DNA from: Pseudomonadota bacterium
GTDB lineage: Bacteria; Myxococcota; JACRCW01; JAFGSX01
DNA length: 64,000 nucleotides
Reading direction: 5' to 3'
NCBI GenBank assembly: GCA_043821645.1
Contig: JBDRCO010000037.1
Span: 128,001 to 192,000, forward strand
A program made the translations under genes and the position numbers. Shown piece after piece: positions 58,719 to 64,000 of the stretch (the stretch's first letter is position 1; every line of letters begins with the position of its first letter). The notes beneath the pieces are model-generated. The model was not told where the DNA came from, ran no database searches, and worked only from the letters and a program-made list of their open reading frames with translations.

Positions 58719-59330
58719 ATGAGCGACGCCAGTCAGGAAAAAGATTTCAAGGTCCAGGAGGACGGCATCGGTGACGGTGGCGAGTTCGTCGGCTGGACCG
58801 ATGACCTCAAGGCTGCCCCCACCCAGCGCCGCAAGGGAAAGTCGAAGAGGGTCTCGGAGTACAAGGCCGCCCTCAACATGAACTCCCTCATGGACATCGT
58901 GACCATCATCCTGGTCTACCTGCTCAAGAGCTTTGCAGGCAGCCCGGTGTCGGTGCCCGATCCCAACGTCAAGCTGCCGGCCTCGACCGCCCAGCTGATC
59001 CCGGAAGAGGCGGCGACGATCACCGTGACGACGCAGCGAATCGTCGTCAATGACAAGTCCGTGGCGGAGATCAACGAGGGGCGTATCGACCCCAATGACA
59101 AGCGCGATGGCCCGCAGGGCTTCTTCATCACACCGCTGTACGACGCCCTGGTCGAGGCGGCGGACAACGAGAAGAAGATCGCCCAGTACAACCCGGCGCG
59201 GACCTTCAAGGGGATCAGCATTGTCATCTGCGACAAGAGCATCCCCTTCCGCCTGCTGTCCGAAGTCATGTACACGGCCGGCCAGGCCGAGTTCGGAAAC
59301 TTCAAGTTCGCCGTCATCAAGAAGGAATAG
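58719..59330 (+). CDS. ExbD/TolR family protein 2 (AglS/Q-like)
   Basis: LNMNSLMDIVTIILVYLL; DKSIPFRLLSEVMYTAGQAEF. Confidence 0.9.
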   Translation: MSDASQEKDFKVQEDGIGDGGEFVGWTDDLKAAPTQRRKGKSKRVSEYKAALNMNSLMDIVTIILVYLLKSFAGSPVSVPDPNVKLPASTAQLIPEEAATITVTTQRIVVNDKSVAEINEGRIDPNDKRDGPQGFFITPLYDALVEAADNEKKIAQYNPARTFKGISIVICDKSIPFRLLSEVMYTAGQAEFGNFKFAVIKKE

Positions 59331-59415
59331 GCGGGTCTCGGGGGTCAGGGAGAGGTGTCGGTGCGCGTCGCCTCAGGACAGACGCGTGTATTGAAAGGGT
59401 GAGGAAGCAAAGGTC

Positions 59416-60786
59416 ATGGCCGCGCAAGCCACGGGCAAGATACTCCGCATCGGAGTGATCCAGAGCGGCAAGATCATCGAGGAGCGGCTCCTGCGCAAGC
59501 GGGACGTCGTCACCATCGGTACCGATACCAAGAACACCTTCGTGTTTCCCGCCTCGGAACTGCCCAAGGCCATCCGGCTCTTCGACTTCAAGGGTGGCGC
59601 CTACACACTGTGCTTCGACGACAAGATGGACGGACGTGTGTCCGTCGGTGAGTCTGTCCTCGACTTCACGGGACTCAAGACCCAGGGTGTGGCCAAGAAA
59701 TCTGGCGACCAGTACAGGGTGAGTCTCAATGAAGAGTCCCGCGGCAAGGTGGTCGTGGGCGGGTTCACGCTGCTGTTCCAGTTCGTGGTTCCGCCCCCTG
59801 AGCCTGCCAAGCCGCAGCTCCCGAGCGTGGCCAAGGGCGGCTGGGTCAAGTCCATCGACTGGTTCTTCACGGCGCTGATCGCCTGCTCGTTCGTGGCCCA
59901 CACGGGCTTCCTGGTCTCGTTCAAGTTCACAGATCTGCCTCCCAACCCGACGGTGTTCGAGCTGCCAGATCGCTTCGCCAAGTTCGTGGTGCCGGACAAG
60001 AAGAAGCGCGATCTCGAAGACGCGAAGAAGGCCGGCGAGGGCAAGACTGACGACGAGAAAAAGAAGAAAGCCAAGAAGAAGGCGGACGACGACGAGGGAG
60101 ACAAGAAGGCAGGCAAGAAGAAGGAGATGAGCGAGTCCGAGAAGGCCGCGGCGGCGGCTGCGCGCAAGGCGGCCATTCAGCAAAAGGTCGCAGGCAAGGG
60201 CTTGCTCAAGATCCTTGGCGCGCGGGGACCCGGGGCGGATGGTAGTGGCGCCATCTCCGACGTGTTCAGCGATGGCGGTTTGAGCGGCGATCTCGACGGT
60301 GCTTTTGATGGCACGTCCGGTGTCGGCATCGCCAACAGTGCCGATGAGACCACGCGCCGTGGCAGCGGTAGCGGTGAAGCCACCGGGATCGGCGACCTCG
60401 CCACCGAGGGCGTCGGTACTGCCAACACGGGTTCCAAGGGTGCCGTCAGCGTGCGGGGTAACATCCAGGCGTCCGCGGTCGAGTCCGTGGATGGCAGCCT
60501 GGACCCCAAGAAGATCGCCGCGGCGATTCGCTCACGTCTGTCGGGTATCAAGAATTGTTACGAGCAGCAGCTCAAGCGCAATCCGAAGCTGGCGGGCAAG
60601 ATCGTCGTTGCCTTTGTCATCGACGAAACCGGCAAGGTCAGCGAGGCGAGCGTGGACTCGGACACGCTGGGTGACGGCCAGGTGGCGAAGTGCATCATCG
60701 GGCTCATCCGGCGCGTCAGGTTCCCCAAGCCCGATGAGGGCACGGTCGAGGCCACCTTCCCCTTCGTTTTCACTCCAGCGGGCTGA
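59416..60786 (+). CDS. GltG/PglI/AgmX-like TonB-type energy transducer
   Basis: N-terminal FHA-like beta domain, one TM with His (SFVAHTGF), K/E-rich then Gly-rich linker, TonB-C-like end (IKNCYEQQLKRNPKLAGKIVV.F.I...FPKP..G.V...FPFVF). Confidence 0.88.
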   Translation: MAAQATGKILRIGVIQSGKIIEERLLRKRDVVTIGTDTKNTFVFPASELPKAIRLFDFKGGAYTLCFDDKMDGRVSVGESVLDFTGLKTQGVAKKSGDQYRVSLNEESRGKVVVGGFTLLFQFVVPPPEPAKPQLPSVAKGGWVKSIDWFFTALIACSFVAHTGFLVSFKFTDLPPNPTVFELPDRFAKFVVPDKKKRDLEDAKKAGEGKTDDEKKKKAKKKADDDEGDKKAGKKKEMSESEKAAAAAARKAAIQQKVAGKGLLKILGARGPGADGSGAISDVFSDGGLSGDLDGAFDGTSGVGIANSADETTRRGSGSGEATGIGDLATEGVGTANTGSKGAVSVRGNIQASAVESVDGSLDPKKIAAAIRSRLSGIKNCYEQQLKRNPKLAGKIVVAFVIDETGKVSEASVDSDTLGDGQVAKCIIGLIRRVRFPKPDEGTVEATFPFVFTPAG

Positions 60787-60882
60787 TGACCGTACAATGG
60801 AACGCGCCAGGGCCAGCAGCGCCGGCGCGAGGCGGCGGCGGGCCCCTGCAGGCTCGACAATGGCGAGAGCGGGGAGGCGCAA

Positions 60883-61818
60883 GTGAAGGCCAAGTGGCTA
60901 CACGAGGTTCAGGATCTCCTCAACCAGGAGCAGTTCCGTGCCTGGTTCGATGACCTGGAGCAGGTCCGCATCGAACTCAAGGAGGCCGTGGAGCGCTACG
61001 AGGAGTTGCTGACCCAGGTCAATGTCAGCGAGTTCCGGAGCGAGCTGGCCCAGAAGAACGCCATCGATACCCTCTATCGTGCCAGCGAGTACGAGGACGC
61101 CGCGGCGCAGATGAACGCCGAGGCGACGGACCTCGAAAACAAAGCCATGGAGAACCTGGGCACCTTCGAGGAGCAGCGTGTGCATACCTCGGAGATCTGG
61201 TTCAAGCTGGAAGCTCTGGACCATGACTTGGAGGAGCATCGCAAGGCCAGCAACGCCGCTCGCGTCAAGGAGCTGGAGCGCGGCCGGCGCAAGATATCCG
61301 AGGAGTACGAGCGGGAAGCCGCCAAGAAGCAGCGCTTGTGGGAAGAGGTCGAGGCCATGTGGGGGATCAGCCTCGAGAAGAACCTGCTCACGAACGAGCG
61401 CAGTACCAAGGGCAAAGCCGTGCGGCGGCAAGCGGAGAAGCTTTTTGCCAAGGCCGAGGAGGCCAAGACCCAGGCCGAGGAGCTGCGGGCGGATGCCGAG
61501 GCCATCGCCCGGGAGCGCGAGCGGCTGGAAGAGCGCGAGCGGGAGCTAGTTGAGGACGCCAGGAGCCGGTTTGACGCGGTGCTGCACGAGGACTTCCTGT
61601 ACTGGCAGCAGCGCGAGAACAACAAGCGGGTCTGGGTGTCGCCCCTGATCTCGGACGTCAATAATTACAACATTTCCCTCAGGGCCTGTTCGGTGTATCA
61701 GTGTGAGCGGGGACGCGGCGTCGATTTCCTGGAACCCTTGATCGAGCAGGAAAAATCGTTGCAGGAGGATGGACGTCTCGACGAGTTCTTCAGTGGCGGT
61801 GCGACCAGCGTGCGTTGA
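60883..61818 (+). CDS. Hypothetical cytoplasmic coiled-coil protein
   Basis: Long E/K/R heptad-rich region with small C-terminal domain; GGAGG RBS before GTG. Confidence 0.75.
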   Translation: MKAKWLHEVQDLLNQEQFRAWFDDLEQVRIELKEAVERYEELLTQVNVSEFRSELAQKNAIDTLYRASEYEDAAAQMNAEATDLENKAMENLGTFEEQRVHTSEIWFKLEALDHDLEEHRKASNAARVKELERGRRKISEEYEREAAKKQRLWEEVEAMWGISLEKNLLTNERSTKGKAVRRQAEKLFAKAEEAKTQAEELRADAEAIARERERLEERERELVEDARSRFDAVLHEDFLYWQQRENNKRVWVSPLISDVNNYNISLRACSVYQCERGRGVDFLEPLIEQEKSLQEDGRLDEFFSGGATSVR

Positions 61819-61827
61819 GGCAAGGCC

Positions 61828-62274
61828 ATGGACAAGATCGAGATCCTGCAAAAATCCCCGCTGTTCGAGAAACTCCTGCCTGCCGAGCTGGAGACCCTGG
61901 CAGAATTGACCCAGCCCCGTGAGTACGAGAGCGGCGAGGTCATCATCCGCGAGGGTGATGCAGGTGACGCTCTGTACATCCTGGTTCAGGGCGAGGTCGA
62001 GGTGCTGCGTAGGGATCCCCGTGGCGCCGACCACAGTCTGGCCGTGCTCACGGTTCCTGACTTCTTTGGCGAGATGTCCCTGATCGACAAGGAGCATCGC
62101 TCCGCAACGGTCCGTACCCGCACCCGGGTCACGGCCTTGACCTTGACCGCCGAGAACCTGCACAGCTTTGCCAAGGTCTATCGCGAGGGCTTCACCTGGA
62201 TCGCGGTCAACATCGCCAAGGTGCTCAGTCATCGTCTGCGCGAGACCAACCGTCGCCTCTCCGATCAGGGCTAG
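61828..62274 (+). CDS. Stand-alone cyclic nucleotide-binding domain protein
   Basis: IIREGDAGDALYILVQGEV, FFGEMSLID...RSATV; no HTH. Confidence 0.9.
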   Translation: MDKIEILQKSPLFEKLLPAELETLAELTQPREYESGEVIIREGDAGDALYILVQGEVEVLRRDPRGADHSLAVLTVPDFFGEMSLIDKEHRSATVRTRTRVTALTLTAENLHSFAKVYREGFTWIAVNIAKVLSHRLRETNRRLSDQG

Positions 62275-62438
62275 TGGGCAAGCCGCACGCATGTGCCGAG
62301 GTCCGGGCTCGCCCCGGAGAGGGCACTGGTGTATCAAAGGCGGGTCCCGTGTACCGATGATAGAATCGGCGAGTTGACGCGAGTGCGTGGAGCGTGTCGC
62401 ACGCAGGGTCTCCCTGCACTGGACCACGGGGGTTCAAG

Positions 62439-64000
62439 ATGAAGACTTTCCTGGCTCCACTGAAATTTTCGGCTGTGCGAAACCTGCGGACGAGATCCTG
62501 GCATGGGGCCCTGTTGATCCTGCTCATGGCGCCAGGCGCCCAGGCGGTCGAACTCAGGGGCTTTCCCGTGGCCATGGGCGGCCGGGTGAGTGGGTCGTCG
62601 CCTGCCGTGATCGATGTGGATGGCGACGGCCAGCTGGACATCGCCCTGTGCACGTCGACGCGGCTGGTCGTGCTGGACAACAGCGGGGCGCCACTTGCAG
62701 GTTTTCCCTTCGCCCTCAGTCGATCGGCCGACGACAGCGAGATCCAGAACCCGGCATCTCCCACGGCCTGCGACGTCGATGGGGACGGTCGGCCCGAGCT
62801 GGTGGTCGCGGGTCCGGATCGCAAGCTTCACCTCGTGGACGGGGCCGGCAGCGAGCGCCCGGGATGGCCCATCGAACTCAGCGCCCGCGCTCCGGCGGCC
62901 GCGGCCTGCGTGGATCTCGATGGCGACGGCAAACCCGAGATCCTCGTGGTGTCCGAGGACGGCATTCTGCATGCGCGCAGTGCGAGTGGCGCGGCGGCAG
63001 CGGGTTTCCATCCACCCCAGACCAAGTTCTCGCCGGGGCTTATCTCGGTGGTGGACCTGGTCGCCGATCGCAAGGGCCCCGAGCTGGTTCTCGGGACGTC
63101 GGATGGTCGGCTGCATGCCCTTGAGCGCAGCGGACGATCCATCGAGGGATTTCCGGTGGTGACGGACTACGCGGTGAGTGCCGGTGCCTCCGCTGGCGAC
63201 CTGGACGGTGATGGCAGCTGGGATTTGGTGTTTGGCTCGCAGGACTTCGGTCTCTATGCCGTCGACGCGCGAGGCAAGCCGCTCCCTGGTTTCCCGGTCA
63301 AGACCGGCTACCGCATCTATGGCGGGACGGCGCTCGGCGACCTGGACGGAGACGGCCGCGCGGACATCGTGGTCGGGGGAGGGGATGGCAAGATCTACGC
63401 CTTCAATGGCCGGGGTGCGCCCCTTCCGGGATGGCCTGTGGCGACCCGAGCAAGGATACACTCCACGCCCGCCCTGGCCGACGTGGATCGCGACGGTGCT
63501 CTGGAGGTCCTGGTGACCTCGAACGATGGCCGGCTGCATGCCCTGAACCAGCGCGGCCGGCCAGTGCCAGGCTTTCCGGTGATGGTCGGAGGGGAGCTGA
63601 CCACCTCGCCACTGGCCGTGGACCTGGATGGTGATGGCAGCATCGAGGTCCTGGTGGCGTCGGCAAGTGGCCAGCTGCACGCCTACTCCTTCGTGCCCTC
63701 GGGAGCGGCCAAGGCGACCTCGGTGGCCTGGGCTGGCTATGGCAACGGGCCAGCCCGACATGGGCGGACCTTCCCCAATCGAGGTCTGTTCGTGGAACTC
63801 GCGCTGGCGCCGGAGCAAGCGCGTACGGCCGACGCCCTCGAGGTGCACTATCGCTTCGTGGATCTCGACGGTGACGCCGAGAAGGGCACACGGATCCGCT
63901 GGTATCGAGAGGGCAAGCGGGTGCCAGATCTCGATGACAGCCGCAAGGTCCCGGCCGACGCCACGCGCAAGGGACAGCGCTGGAGCTACACGCTGCAGGC
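62439..64000 (+). CDS. Exported FG-GAP/VCBS repeat beta-propeller protein with Ig-like domain (runs off window; not in ORF track)
   Basis: Hand translation: MKTF...LLILLMAPGAQA, then repeated D(V/L)DGDG..(E/D) and G(F/W)P(V/I) motifs; C-terminal RFVDLDGDAE..TRIRWYREG. Confidence 0.85.
   Translation, partial: MKTFLAPLKFSAVRNLRTRSWHGALLILLMAPGAQAVELRGFPVAMGGRVSGSSPAVIDVDGDGQLDIALCTSTRLVVLDNSGAPLAGFPFALSRSADDSEIQNPASPTACDVDGDGRPELVVAGPDRKLHLVDGAGSERPGWPIELSARAPAAAACVDLDGDGKPEILVVSEDGILHARSASGAAAAGFHPPQTKFSPGLISVVDLVADRKGPELVLGTSDGRLHALERSGRSIEGFPVVTDYAVSAGASAGDLDGDGSWDLVFGSQDFGLYAVDARGKPLPGFPVKTGYRIYGGTALGDLDGDGRADIVVGGGDGKIYAFNGRGAPLPGWPVATRARIHSTPALADVDRDGALEVLVTSNDGRLHALNQRGRPVPGFPVMVGGELTTSPLAVDLDGDGSIEVLVASASGQLHAYSFVPSGAAKATSVAWAGYGNGPARHGRTFPNRGLFVELALAPEQARTADALEVHYRFVDLDGDAEKGTRIRWYREGKRVPDLDDSRKVPADATRKGQRWSYTLQ

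Noticed and set aside
57374-60786. Ordinary Tol-Pal or TonB-ExbBD uptake system
   Set aside because: No tolB, pal or TonB-dependent receptor nearby; two ExbDs, TPR genes and a GltG-type protein point to the Agl-Glt family.
62334-63848. 504-aa minus-strand ORF
   Set aside because: Shadow of the plus-strand FG-GAP gene, which the ORF track missed because it has no stop in the window.

Overview
High-GC chromosomal segment that looks like Myxococcota/deltaproteobacterial DNA (MglB/MglA, Agl-Glt-like genes, a DUF2378 protein, a MYXO-CTERM-like tail, many Cys-rich lipoproteins). It carries about 50 CDSs. I saw no rRNA, tRNA, CRISPR array or mobile element. The left two-thirds mixes metabolism and housekeeping genes (class III cyclase, phaB, corA, single-chain homoaconitase, FadF-like Fe-S protein, Crp/Fnr-cupin-ferredoxin module, tal, cymR-cysK-cysE, pepA, S41 protease, thpR, ybaB-recR, glpD, PFOR) with secreted or effector-like hydrolases (GH25 lysozyme, M43-like metalloprotease, M14 peptidase, L,D-transpeptidase-like protein). 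The right quarter is one co-oriented cluster: mglB-mglA, GltC/D/E/F-like genes, a TolQ/ExbB plus two ExbD motor genes and a GltG-like TonB protein, followed by coiled-coil, cNMP-binding and FG-GAP genes. Main observations: this polarity switch, motor and track cluster sits in one piece; one ExbD has Asn in place of the proton-accepting Asp; the GltC-like gene has a 1-nt frameshift; a signal-less LDT-like protein lies behind a sigma28-like promoter; and candidate operators are visible for CymR (twice), PhaR (three times) and Fnr/HcpR. All family calls come from motif recognition by eye; no database search was run.
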